Part shown: positions 1-8,662 of the stretch, one piece after another | How positions within the stretch are numbered: position 1 is the first letter of the stretch | Layout: every line of letters starts with the position of its first letter | NCBI GenBank assembly: GCA_013911465.1 | Contig: JACETE010000002.1 | Coordinates: forward strand, 1-52,497 | Direction of reading: 5' to 3' | Source of the DNA: Candidatus Poseidoniales archaeon | Lineage (GTDB): Archaea > Thermoplasmatota > Poseidoniia > Poseidoniales > Poseidoniaceae | DNA length: 52,497 bases | Program-made: the position numbers and the translations under genes | Notes under the pieces: generated by a model | Seen by the model: the letters and a program-made list of their open reading frames with translations, nothing else | The model's database searches: none | What the model was told of the DNA's origin: nothing

Positions 1-3000
1 TCTTGAATGTCTTCATCGAGATATGCTCCGTTGATGATCAAGCGAATCGCTACGCCTTCCATTGCAGCTTGTTCAAGAGCAGAAACAACAGGATTCTCTC
101 CCCATCCCCACTTCCAGTTCAGGTCAAGATATTGCAGTGAGAGTAAAATTTCGTCATCTGCGGATTGAATCATTTCGGTTAGTCCATCCACACAGTCATC
201 AGGACACGTCAGTAATTTTCCTCCAAATGTTCCCGTGTAGGTCTGTGCTGTGTTCTGTACAATCAGTTGTGGTTCTGGGATTGCATAGGAATTTGTTGGA
301 GGGGTTGATGAGACGGCTTGAACGTACATCGAACCTTCATCAAAAGCCATGTTGGAGAGAACATTCGAAGCAAGTTGGGCACTGTCGACAAGGATTCCCC
401 AGTCTCGATTGCCTCGGTCACCATCGTAAGGCAATGAAGAAGGCTTCCAATTTCCTGAACCAATCCAGACTGAAGCATCATCACGAACTGCGACCTTGGA
501 ATGCAGATAGAGGTAGGGGTCATCTCCCGATCCACCGAACCAATGAACGCTCAAGCCTGCCTGCTTGAGTTCATGGGCATAGGCTTCTTGGGCTTGCTTA
601 TCGTTAGAATTCCACCAATCCTCTGGTTCGTTGAGAACAACGACAACCTCAACTCCTCGATCATGTGCATCGATAAGTGCTTGAGCGAGTTCGCTCGATT
701 GAAGTATGTACAGATGAACATGCAGACTCGTCTGAGCTCCATCTATCCAGTTGAGGAGGTCCATGAGACCGTATTCTGGCGCAATCAGTGGCGTAATGCT
801 GGTTGCATCATCAAACGTTACATCGTCACAGAAATCACTTGCTCCCAAACGTCCCCATCGTTGATGCCAATCAACGGATTGATTGGTATCGGTCATGATG
901 CCGCAACCATCACCACGATACAGGATCAAATTGTCGATCCCACTTACCGGTTCGGAAAGTGAAACTCCTTCCCAGCCTTCGCTGTTCACTGGACCATTCT
1001 TGTAAACGATCGTGTCAGCTACCAAGCCAGTAGGGTGAATGAGTTGGAGGGCCATGCCACTGTCCAAGAGGAAGATCGGATTCTCCATAGCCGAACCCAT
1101 GTCAAGTAAATCTCCATCTTCAAACAATTCGAGGGCTGCAACATCGTTGGAAAGTTTCACAGACGATGAAGCATTAATCTGCAAATTTGTAATTTCAGAT
1201 TCGAATGATGTTCCGTCGGAAGCGATTCTTCGAACGGTCCAACCGTTGAGTATTGCCGCTTCTGTGCCAATATTGGTTAACTCAAAGAATTCCATTTCAG
1301 TTGAAATTGAAGATACACCATCCCACATGATTGAACTAAATTTAATGTCTTCAATTGACGTCATCGTACTTTCATCTGGTTCAGGTGTACCAGGTGTAGG
1401 CCACATGAATTCGACCCACTCATCGTTTGTTGAGTTGTATCCATAGGTGGCACAGTTTGTAGTGAGCGAAGAGGCAGGTGGTGCAATTGTCAAGACAAGT
1501 TCCCCGTCTGGGTTCAGGAGGTTAAGTGAACTAACGTCCTCCAAGTTTGGTCCAAAGATGTCGTGTTGAAGTTCAACAACTACTCGGTTCATTGGTGCGA
1601 GAACAGTATTGGATTGTGTTGATTGCCAAAGCATACTTGAATCGATAAATTGGCGTCCCATAAGTGGGTTCGAGGTGTAATCTGCACTCACAATCCATCG
1701 ACTGAGGTTGACGTCGGATGTGCCATCGTTGTACAATTCAATCCAATCCGCTTCTGGTTGGAAGGATGGGAGGTCGCAAGACGTTGCAATTTCTGTGACA
1801 ATTAGGCTCTCACTTTCTGCGTATGCTGGCCAAATCGGATTCGTTTCTCCTGGTGTTGCCCAAGCACTGTTGAGCCAGTCGTTTGCATTCCAAGTTGTTG
1901 TTGAGGATGGCGCATTGGTTCCGGAAGGCCCAGCGCCAGCATGTGTTTCTGTGTTGTTGATCAAGGAAACACCCTCAAGAGTATGTGTCCACTGAGCAGA
2001 ATGAACTGCAACACCATTGCCATCGTACAGGAATATTTGGTCGGGCGTTGTATGCTTCATGTAAAACTGAGATGTTCCATTGAGTGCAATGAGCACAGTT
2101 TCACCCGCTTGGAGAACGGCATCTGACTTCATAGGCATGTTGTACTGATGGAGAATAAGTGTGCGTCCTGCCGCAGTGAACCTCCATCCTGCTACATCGA
2201 CTTCGTCATTGCCCATGTTTTGAATTTCAATCCACTCTCCATTTGGATAGGATGCTGAGTCACTTCCAACTGCATCTGGAAGAACTTCAGTGATGTGAAC
2301 ATCTCCTGTGGTTGGGGTTGGGGTTGGATTGGGTTGTCCCGGTGACGGTGTGACGGAAGGAGTCCATGGATCGTGATAGTTCAAACCTCGAATGAGTGAA
2401 ACGTTGGCTCCGTAGTTTGTGCTGTAGTATGCCATATCAACAATCGATTCGCTTGCGTCGCGCAGTATGATGTGGTTGTGATTGTCCCAAAGTCGTGTAT
2501 CTCCAGTGAATTCGACAAGCCGTCGTTCTCCTGCATCGATCGTGGTACTTCCCTGCGAACTGTTGACAACGATTGAACCTGGGTCGAGATATGTGATGTT
2601 GCCCATTCCATCAATGAATGACCAACCGTTCAAATCAACGCTCGCCGTTCCATCGTTGTAGAGTTCAATCCACTCTCCATCAGGTGCAGAGGTTGCATCA
2701 GCAGTGCTGTACGGGAATATCTCCTCGATTTTTACATCACCCGCTGCAGTGATTTCTGCCAACGTGGGGGCGTTAGTGGCATTTGGAGTTGGGTATGTTG
2801 AATATTGCCACATTCCGCCGGTTGCAGATGCTTCGAGAGAAAAGCCGGGTTGGTTCGAATTCCATACAACCTCATCACCGATGCTCCCATTTGCGAGGTA
2901 GAGTCGCAAGGTTTCCTGTCCGTTGTTGAGGACACCACTGTTCGTTGAGGCGTTGACTGCAACAACACGTGTCTCTTGGGGATGGATGTGAAATGTATCG

Positions 3001-3773
3001 GGGTTGGCTGTAGCACCTATGAGGTGATTCTCGTCAAGCATAATCATGTTGCCAGCAAGGTCTTGCAGCCAATAGCCAGTGAGGTTCATTGTGGACGATC
3101 CGTTGTTGTAGATCTCAACCCATTCTCCACCTGGCCAACTGCTGTTGTCGTAACTTGGCCAGGCATCTGCCATGACCTCATTGATGATGACATCACTTTG
3201 GACATAGGTCGGTCCACCTGTTCCACCGCCACCGCCTGTGTTGGACGAACCTGGTGTGGGGTTCGACGTTGGAATCCAATCGTTGAACGCGTTGCTGGGA
3301 TCTTCTTCGAGACTCACGCCACTTGAACTCGAGTTCCAAGTTGCCTCATCAATCCATGAGTTGGATGCGTCATACAGTGTCATCCAGTCGTTTGAATTGG
3401 CAACATAGAAGTTGCTTGCACCGTTTCGGGCTACGATCATGTAATCTCCCGGAGCAATGGTGTATGTCGATGCGTTTGTCGCATCATAGCCGACGATTGA
3501 TGCAGAATCAAGGTAGAGTGTTTTCGCTGCCTTATTTGAGAAATACCAATTTCGAACATCCACAGAAGATGTGCCGGAATTGTAGAGCTCTAACCATTCG
3601 CCGTTTGGCCATACGGCATCATCGTACCCATTTGGATTGGGCATGACTTCATTGATGCATATCGAACCTCCACAAGGCTGACTGCGTGCATTTGTTGCTT
3701 CAACAGGTTCTACCAATGGTGTGAGAGGGACCAGAATCATAAGGGCGAGGAGAAAAATCGATTCAATTCTCAT
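1..3773 (-). CDS. Secreted multidomain protein, 3'-truncated by the window edge: signal peptide + six lamin-tail-domain (LTD)-like repeats + phospholipase D / Nuc-family (HKD) domain(s)
   Basis: Absent from the ORF track because no stop lies in the window. I translated the minus strand from the ATG at 3773..3771: MRIESIFLLALMILVPLTPLVEPVEATNA... Six repeats follow the pattern (I/V)xE(V/I)xP...GEW(I/V/L)E(L/I)YN.G...V(D/N)(L/V).GW, e.g. ICINEVMPNPNGYDDAVWPNGEWLELYNSG and PDGEWIELYNDGTASVDLNGWSF. The HKD motif LHSKVAVRDDASVWIGSGNW is encoded at 447..506 in the same frame as the ATG. No complete minus-strand ORF is listed here, which implies a single open frame running to the edge. Confidence 0.8.
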   Translation of the reverse strand, partial: MRIESIFLLALMILVPLTPLVEPVEATNARSQPCGGSICINEVMPNPNGYDDAVWPNGEWLELYNSGTSSVDVRNWYFSNKAAKTLYLDSASIVGYDATNASTYTIAPGDYMIVARNGASNFYVANSNDWMTLYDASNSWIDEATWNSSSSGVSLEEDPSNAFNDWIPTSNPTPGSSNTGGGGGTGGPTYVQSDVIINEVMADAWPSYDNSSWPGGEWVEIYNNGSSTMNLTGYWLQDLAGNMIMLDENHLIGATANPDTFHIHPQETRVVAVNASTNSGVLNNGQETLRLYLANGSIGDEVVWNSNQPGFSLEASATGGMWQYSTYPTPNATNAPTLAEITAAGDVKIEEIFPYSTADATSAPDGEWIELYNDGTASVDLNGWSFIDGMGNITYLDPGSIVVNSSQGSTTIDAGERRLVEFTGDTRLWDNHNHIILRDASESIVDMAYYSTNYGANVSLIRGLNYHDPWTPSVTPSPGQPNPTPTPTTGDVHITEVLPDAVGSDSASYPNGEWIEIQNMGNDEVDVAGWRFTAAGRTLILHQYNMPMKSDAVLQAGETVLIALNGTSQFYMKHTTPDQIFLYDGNGVAVHSAQWTHTLEGVSLINNTETHAGAGPSGTNAPSSTTTWNANDWLNSAWATPGETNPIWPAYAESESLIVTEIATSCDLPSFQPEADWIELYNDGTSDVNLSRWIVSADYTSNPLMGRQFIDSSMLWQSTQSNTVLAPMNRVVVELQHDIFGPNLEDVSSLNLLNPDGELVLTIAPPASSLTTNCATYGYNSTNDEWVEFMWPTPGTPEPDESTMTSIEDIKFSSIMWDGVSSISTEMEFFELTNIGTEAAILNGWTVRRIASDGTSFESEITNLQINASSSVKLSNDVAALELFEDGDLLDMGSAMENPIFLLDSGMALQLIHPTGLVADTIVYKNGPVNSEGWEGVSLSEPVSGIDNLILYRGDGCGIMTDTNQSVDWHQRWGRLGASDFCDDVTFDDATSITPLIAPEYGLMDLLNWIDGAQTSLHVHLYILQSSELAQALIDAHDRGVEVVVVLNEPEDWWNSNDKQAQEAYAHELKQAGLSVHWFGGSGDDPYLYLHSKVAVRDDASVWIGSGNWKPSSLPYDGDRGNRDWGILVDSAQLASNVLSNMAFDEGSMYVQAVSSTPPTNSYAIPEPQLIVQNTAQTYTGTFGGKLLTCPDDCVDGLTEMIQSADDEILLSLQYLDLNWKWGWGENPVVSALEQAAMEGVAIRLIINGAYLDEDIQ

Positions 3774-3840
3774 GAGGCATCGTCGACTCAAGCCAACGCC
3801 TTCCCCCTCATATCTTTTGGTACGAACAAACCTCTCAATT

Positions 3841-5343
3841 TCAAATGAAACCAAAGCTGTCCGCCATTTGTGCGAAGGTGTAAATCATGATTGGAACGAG
3901 GATGATTCCCATTCCGTGACTTCGTCGAATTCCAATTCGAGGTGGCATCATTCCGAGGATTGTTCCAACAATGAGTACACCAATGCCCACGAAACCTGTG
4001 GAGAGCCACACCAAGGCAGTTACGAAGACAATGACGCCCATAACCATCGATTGGAGAGGAATGGCTGCATGCAGGCGAAGCATTCCCTTTCCAACGATTT
4101 TCATGATAGGCATTGCCATTATTCCAGCAGCTAGTGTGACAGCAAGCAATCGAACGAAGTCTGCTGTTGGTTGCGAAGAGTTCCACGTTTCAATTGGATA
4201 CATCATTTTCAGAGCAAGAGTTGCTCCAGAACGAGATCGGCCAATGATGTAAAGGAAACCAAGAACCATCACAGTAACTGCGGTGTTTACTGCTGAAAGA
4301 ATCGCAATGACTTCCAAATCTTGCTTCGTTTGTGGTCCTTCATATCCTTCTTCGGCTTCAGCGACAGCAATCTCCAAGAGTTCTTCGTCGCTTAATTCAG
4401 TCAGGCGACGTGTTTCCCAGTCCATACCATAGCCTTCCTTTCCTTGGACCTTTGCAGCAACGTTGCGTCCTCCCATGACGAGAACAGTTGCCTGAGATGC
4501 AGTCATGCCAGGCAGAACGCCCATGCTAGCACCTGCTACTGCAGACCAAAAGCAAGGTGCAATGAGTGGCTTTACCGGAGGGAGATCCCAATTTTCTTTT
4601 TGCGGAGGAAGGTGGCTTGTCGTGGCATAGATGTCAAGCAAGTTCGCAATTCCAAACAAGCCAGCCAGACTTGGTAGGAGAAGAGACGGTGATGGCATGC
4701 CTACAGGACTGTCCACGGGCAGTTCGAATACAGCCCATCCGTAAAGGCCAGCTAAGAGAAAGAAGACAGTTGCAGCAATAAAACCCGCAAATCGACTGTC
4801 GTTTCCAAGGCGCTTTCCCGTCAATTTCTGTACCCATTTTGGCCAATCCAAACGCGTGGTTTCAGTTGCCAGCAACAAGAGTGAGATGACCAACAAGATG
4901 ACTGGTAGCCAATCACGAAGGCCGTCGTACCAGTTCAACTCTGGTCCAAAAGCGATTCGGGCTACCACAATGAGAGGGAGCGATAAAAACAGACCTAATT
5001 GAGAACCTCGGGCCGACCATGCAACACCTCGGGCAGCATTCCCTGCCAGCAACATGCGATGCCCTGGTAACAGAGATAACGCCGTATCTCCGTCAGGAGC
5101 TCCAATCAATGCCGATGGGATATAATTCAGGAAGGTGTGAACCGTTCCTGTTGATACAATGATTGCAGCCACGGCTGATAGCGGAATCCCTAATTCCAAC
5201 AATCCCGGTGAAACAGCCAACAGAATCAATGCTACATTGTTGACGTGGAAACCAGGAATCAATCCTGTTAGAGAACCCAAAAACACCCCAAAGAACAAGG
5301 CGCCAAGGAGCCACCAAAGTTCATGAAAGTAGGCTTCAATCAT
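3841..5343 (-). CDS. Polytopic membrane protein, TctA/DUF112-like permease family
   Basis: 500-aa ORF that is hydrophobic throughout. GSLTGLIPGFHVNNVALILL and YIPSALIGAPDGDTALSLLPGHRMLLAGNAARGV resemble the conserved PG-containing motifs of TctA-family large subunits. An acidic, probably cytoplasmic insert is present (ELSDEELLEIAVAEAEEGYEG). It starts 8 nt after the stop of the upstream gene. Confidence 0.6.
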   Translation of the reverse strand: MIEAYFHELWWLLGALFFGVFLGSLTGLIPGFHVNNVALILLAVSPGLLELGIPLSAVAAIIVSTGTVHTFLNYIPSALIGAPDGDTALSLLPGHRMLLAGNAARGVAWSARGSQLGLFLSLPLIVVARIAFGPELNWYDGLRDWLPVILLVISLLLLATETTRLDWPKWVQKLTGKRLGNDSRFAGFIAATVFFLLAGLYGWAVFELPVDSPVGMPSPSLLLPSLAGLFGIANLLDIYATTSHLPPQKENWDLPPVKPLIAPCFWSAVAGASMGVLPGMTASQATVLVMGGRNVAAKVQGKEGYGMDWETRRLTELSDEELLEIAVAEAEEGYEGPQTKQDLEVIAILSAVNTAVTVMVLGFLYIIGRSRSGATLALKMMYPIETWNSSQPTADFVRLLAVTLAAGIMAMPIMKIVGKGMLRLHAAIPLQSMVMGVIVFVTALVWLSTGFVGIGVLIVGTILGMMPPRIGIRRSHGMGIILVPIMIYTFAQMADSFGFI

Positions 5344-5351
5344 ACTATCAC

Positions 5352-7094
5352 CTACGATTGTTCGATGTATTCTTGGCGATCGCTGATGCCATCGCCATCG
5401 CTGTCTTCATTGTTTGAACTTGTACCAAATGCTGATTCAAGAGCATTACTCAAGCCATCGTTGTCGTTGTCATCCACATCAGCATCATTGAGCGTGTAGA
5501 CCATTGTTAGAGAGTTTGAATCTTCGACTTGACGAAGTCGTCCTTCCCATGTCATAGCCGTGCCAACATGCAACTCATCGAGTCCTATGCAATTGTTCAC
5601 TGTTTGCAGGAGGATACGCTTGTCGCTTCCTGGTTCGGAGAGATACCAAGTTCCATTGTCTTCTGTTGCAAGCCCATTGATTCGTACAATCTTGTTTTTA
5701 TCATAGCCCCAATTTGTTGCACCATCGGACCAAAGCAAATTCATTGGGTTGGTTTTCTGCCCTTCGGAATATTCGTGAACGAGGAGTTCAGCTCTCATGT
5801 TCTCATCATCCCATGCAACGGATACGTTCGCAATGATTTCCTGTCCAGCCTCCAGCCAAGATGATCGAGGTCCTGGTATCGTTACAGCGATGCTGGTCCA
5901 ACCCGGTGTATATCCAGGAGAATCGGTGAAGTATGCACTCTCATCTTCCACGCTTGGCTCTAGTGCATACTTCATGTACGCTGAAACGACATAACGTTGG
6001 TTTGAATCTTGAAGTGCAGCACTCGGGTTGGCACTGAGCAGAAGCAACAAATCGTCGATACTCGATGTCGCAGTCAACTCTGAGTTGGTTGATCCACCCT
6101 TATCTAGACACCATGACGATATGGCCGTGTTCCAAACCAATCGACCTCGCATCTGAATTGCGAGCCCTTCCCATTGGTTTCCGTTATCGATGTCTTCGTC
6201 GCTTGGGATGATACAAAGCGGAGATCCAGCAGAACCACTGAGCCACCAATCGGTATCTTCGATGGAGAGAACCCCTGCAACGTCAACGGTGCTTCCGGCT
6301 TGGTACATCCACGTGGATTGTCCCGCCCAATCCAAAAGAGGGATCTCAACAGGATGATTTCTGTCGAGAAGAATTTCAGGTCCTTGGACGTGAATGCTCC
6401 ATCGGAGATCACGTTGTTGGTAAGAGAGGATGCCTTGGACGGTAACCTTGGAGCCAGACTCAATCCATTCACCAGTGGATGAATGCATGATCATGTGCAT
6501 CTGATGCTCGGAGTTGCCATAGGATGGATGGTCTCCAAGGTAGGCACTGTTGAATGAGACATCAGGTGCAATCGATTCCGACAAGAAACCGGTCAATTGA
6601 ATAACTTCTCCTGCATAGGATTCAGGGTCAAGTGCTACATCTGATATGGCCAGCAAAGGAGCATCTGGAATGTCTTCTTGTTCCCAATTCATTGCCCCTG
6701 CTCCGAGCGCTTGCAACCACATTCGGCCTTCGTATTCAATGACATCTCCAATGACAGTAACATTGGTGCCAATTGGTGGCAGTTCTGCTGGACGATACCA
6801 ACGGAGCTCGACAACTCCAGTTCCGTCGTCAATGATTGCGTCAAGACGGTCATCTCCTGAATTGTAAGGGTCTTCAACCCATGAAATGAGTTGGCCTTCG
6901 ACCTTGACGACTTCGTTGATGTAATCGGTAAGTTCGTCGACATCAACGACAGATGGTTCGCGAACCATTGCATACCAATTGAGCGTGGCGACCAAGAGCA
7001 ACGAAATCGCAAACATGACCCACAATCTTGGGCCGTTGGTTTCTGGATCATCGGTCGATAAACGAGCAAGGAAGCCCTTCAGACCATCTGCCAT
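5352..7094 (-). CDS. Type-II membrane-anchored extracellular protein with about five tandem beta-barrel (OB-fold-like) modules and a C-terminal TSP3-type Ca-binding Asp-rich tail
   Basis: 580-aa ORF with an N-terminal TM (LWVMFAISLLLVATLNWYAMV). Repeated modules look like VKVEGQLISW...DDGTGVVELRW...GTNVTVIGDVIEYEGRMWLQA. The C-terminus is DVDDNDNDGLSNALE...DSDGDGISDRQEY. The function is unknown. Confidence 0.75.
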   Translation of the reverse strand: MADGLKGFLARLSTDDPETNGPRLWVMFAISLLLVATLNWYAMVREPSVVDVDELTDYINEVVKVEGQLISWVEDPYNSGDDRLDAIIDDGTGVVELRWYRPAELPPIGTNVTVIGDVIEYEGRMWLQALGAGAMNWEQEDIPDAPLLAISDVALDPESYAGEVIQLTGFLSESIAPDVSFNSAYLGDHPSYGNSEHQMHMIMHSSTGEWIESGSKVTVQGILSYQQRDLRWSIHVQGPEILLDRNHPVEIPLLDWAGQSTWMYQAGSTVDVAGVLSIEDTDWWLSGSAGSPLCIIPSDEDIDNGNQWEGLAIQMRGRLVWNTAISSWCLDKGGSTNSELTATSSIDDLLLLLSANPSAALQDSNQRYVVSAYMKYALEPSVEDESAYFTDSPGYTPGWTSIAVTIPGPRSSWLEAGQEIIANVSVAWDDENMRAELLVHEYSEGQKTNPMNLLWSDGATNWGYDKNKIVRINGLATEDNGTWYLSEPGSDKRILLQTVNNCIGLDELHVGTAMTWEGRLRQVEDSNSLTMVYTLNDADVDDNDNDGLSNALESAFGTSSNNEDSDGDGISDRQEYIEQS

Positions 7095-7186
7095 GTTTGA
7101 GCCTCAAGGCTTGAGATGCATATCTCTTCCCATCCATCAATTTGGAAAGAGATGCTTTGAAATGGAAGGCAGTAACAGGATTTACT

Positions 7187-8494
7187 ATGCGAGACCGGGT
7201 GATTCGTGATGAAATCCATCGCGATGTATTGGTTCCAGCCCACCATGCTCGTATTATTGACACGCATGAATTTCAACGGTTGCGAAACATTCAGCAACTT
7301 TCCACATGCGAATTCGTGTTCCCCTCTGCAACACACACTCGATTTGCGCATTCTCTAGGCGCATACTTCCTCGCTGGAGAACTTACATCCTCATTGCAAG
7401 AAGTTCAGCCAGGAATACTCTCAGATTCTGATGCGGAGTTGGTGCAAATTGGTGCACTGCTTCATGATATTGGGCATCCTCCGTACTCTCATTTGCTTGA
7501 AACACCAGAAGTATTCGCTACATTTCATTCACATGAACACTGGGGCCGAATCCTTCTCGAGAGCGAAGATTCTGAAATCGGCATGGTGTTGAAGGACGTA
7601 CTTGGAGAAGAACGCAAGCAACGGTTGTTCGCGCTTCTTGACGGACAAGATGAATGCAATGGTGTTGCTATTGCACCGTTTCTCAAGGAAATCATCAGCA
7701 GTCAACTCGACGTGGATCGAATGGATTACATGATTCGCGATCAAGCAAATACCGGTGCACAAATTGGAGGATTTGACAGCGCACGTGTCATTCGTGCTCT
7801 CCGAGTCAATGATATCGGTCGCTTGTATGTAAAAACGTGGGGTTTACCTGCAATTGAAGCATACCTTGTCACACGCTATCACATGTACAATCAAGTGTAT
7901 TTTCACAAGGTGAACATGCTTACCCAATCGTACCTTGTTCGAATGCTTGCTCGTGCGAGGGAACTTGCAAAAGACGGCAAGATCGAGTTAGGAGAAGAAA
8001 TTGAACACATGCTTCTGAATGAATCATTGAGTCCAGACCAATATGCTGCTTTACATGATTCTCACATCAAAGTAGCAATGGGCCGATTTGCTGCTCATGA
8101 TGATACGATTCTTTCTGGATACGCATCGAGACTTTTGGCACGAAGAGATTACCACAAATCCTTGCGGATTCCATCGTTGACAAGTGAAATGTTTGAGATG
8201 GTTCAAGATGATCTCCGCTTTTACCTTAAAGAACAAGGGTACGATGACATTCACGATCTCATTACGGCTTCAATTCGTAAGAGAGGATACATGCCATACG
8301 AGCAAGGTATCATTCTCGAAGATGGGAGAGACGCAGCCGAGCACTCCCCTCTTATCCGTTCGCTCACTCAATCTGAAGAACGAATTCTTGTGTTCGTGCC
8401 AGAAAAAATACGAGATGTTTGCGAATCAATTGTACGGTCGAAGACAAAACCATCCCAGTCATCTCTAGCAATGTTTGATTCGGCAAACTCATGA
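7187..8494 (+). CDS. HD-domain metal-dependent phosphohydrolase (SAMHD1/dGTPase-like, COG1078 type)
   Basis: Motifs FQRLRNIQQLS, RFAHSLGAYFLA, LLHDIGHPPYSH and QLDVDRMDYMIRD. The track ORF begins at a TTG (7142). The ATG at 7187 (MRDRVIRDEIHRDVLV) matches the usual family N-terminus better. Confidence 0.85.
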   Translation: MRDRVIRDEIHRDVLVPAHHARIIDTHEFQRLRNIQQLSTCEFVFPSATHTRFAHSLGAYFLAGELTSSLQEVQPGILSDSDAELVQIGALLHDIGHPPYSHLLETPEVFATFHSHEHWGRILLESEDSEIGMVLKDVLGEERKQRLFALLDGQDECNGVAIAPFLKEIISSQLDVDRMDYMIRDQANTGAQIGGFDSARVIRALRVNDIGRLYVKTWGLPAIEAYLVTRYHMYNQVYFHKVNMLTQSYLVRMLARARELAKDGKIELGEEIEHMLLNESLSPDQYAALHDSHIKVAMGRFAAHDDTILSGYASRLLARRDYHKSLRIPSLTSEMFEMVQDDLRFYLKEQGYDDIHDLITASIRKRGYMPYEQGIILEDGRDAAEHSPLIRSLTQSEERILVFVPEKIRDVCESIVRSKTKPSQSSLAMFDSANS

Positions 8495-8518
8495 AGGACA
8501 TCTTCACAGCCTTGCTCA

Positions 8519-8592
8519 GGGCCTGTAGCTTAGTTGGTTAGAGCACCCGGCTCATAACCGGGCGGTCAAGGGTTCAAATCCCTTCAGGCCCA
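8519..8592 (+). tRNA. tRNA with anticodon CAT (elongator tRNA-Met type; an archaeal tRNA-Ile2 modified at C34 cannot be excluded)
   Basis: A hand-folded 74-nt cloverleaf. Acceptor GGGCCTG/CAGGCCC; D arm GCTT-AGTTGGTTA-GAGC; anticodon arm CCCGG-CTCATAA-CCGGG (CAT at 8553..8555); variable loop CGGTC; T arm AAGGG-TTCAAAT-CCCTT; discriminator A. The G1:C72 pair argues against an initiator tRNA. No CCA is encoded. Confidence 0.93.
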
Positions 8593-8662
8593 CTCTATTC
8601 ACTCCTCCAAGGGACACTTGGCGACACAATGGTTATGAGGGTCGATAGGGTGGCTTAAGATA

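Noticed and set aside
7142-7186. Track ORFs with N-terminal extensions from TTG/GTG or upstream in-frame starts: 7142, 13489, 13494, 25822, 48655, 50312 and 51995.
   Set aside because: In each case a downstream ATG gives an N-terminus that fits the family or signal peptide better. It also removes an overlap with the neighbouring gene or with a promoter-like element. The extensions are not supported. The exception is 37499, where the GTG is needed to retain the signal peptide.
7187-8494. The HD-domain SAMHD1/dGTPase-like protein as a possible anti-viral dNTP-depletion defence gene.
   Set aside because: This family (COG1078-type HD phosphohydrolase) is a widespread housekeeping gene in archaea. 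It sits next to a tRNA and biosynthetic genes, with no other defence-island hallmarks, so there is no sequence-level reason to call it a defence system.
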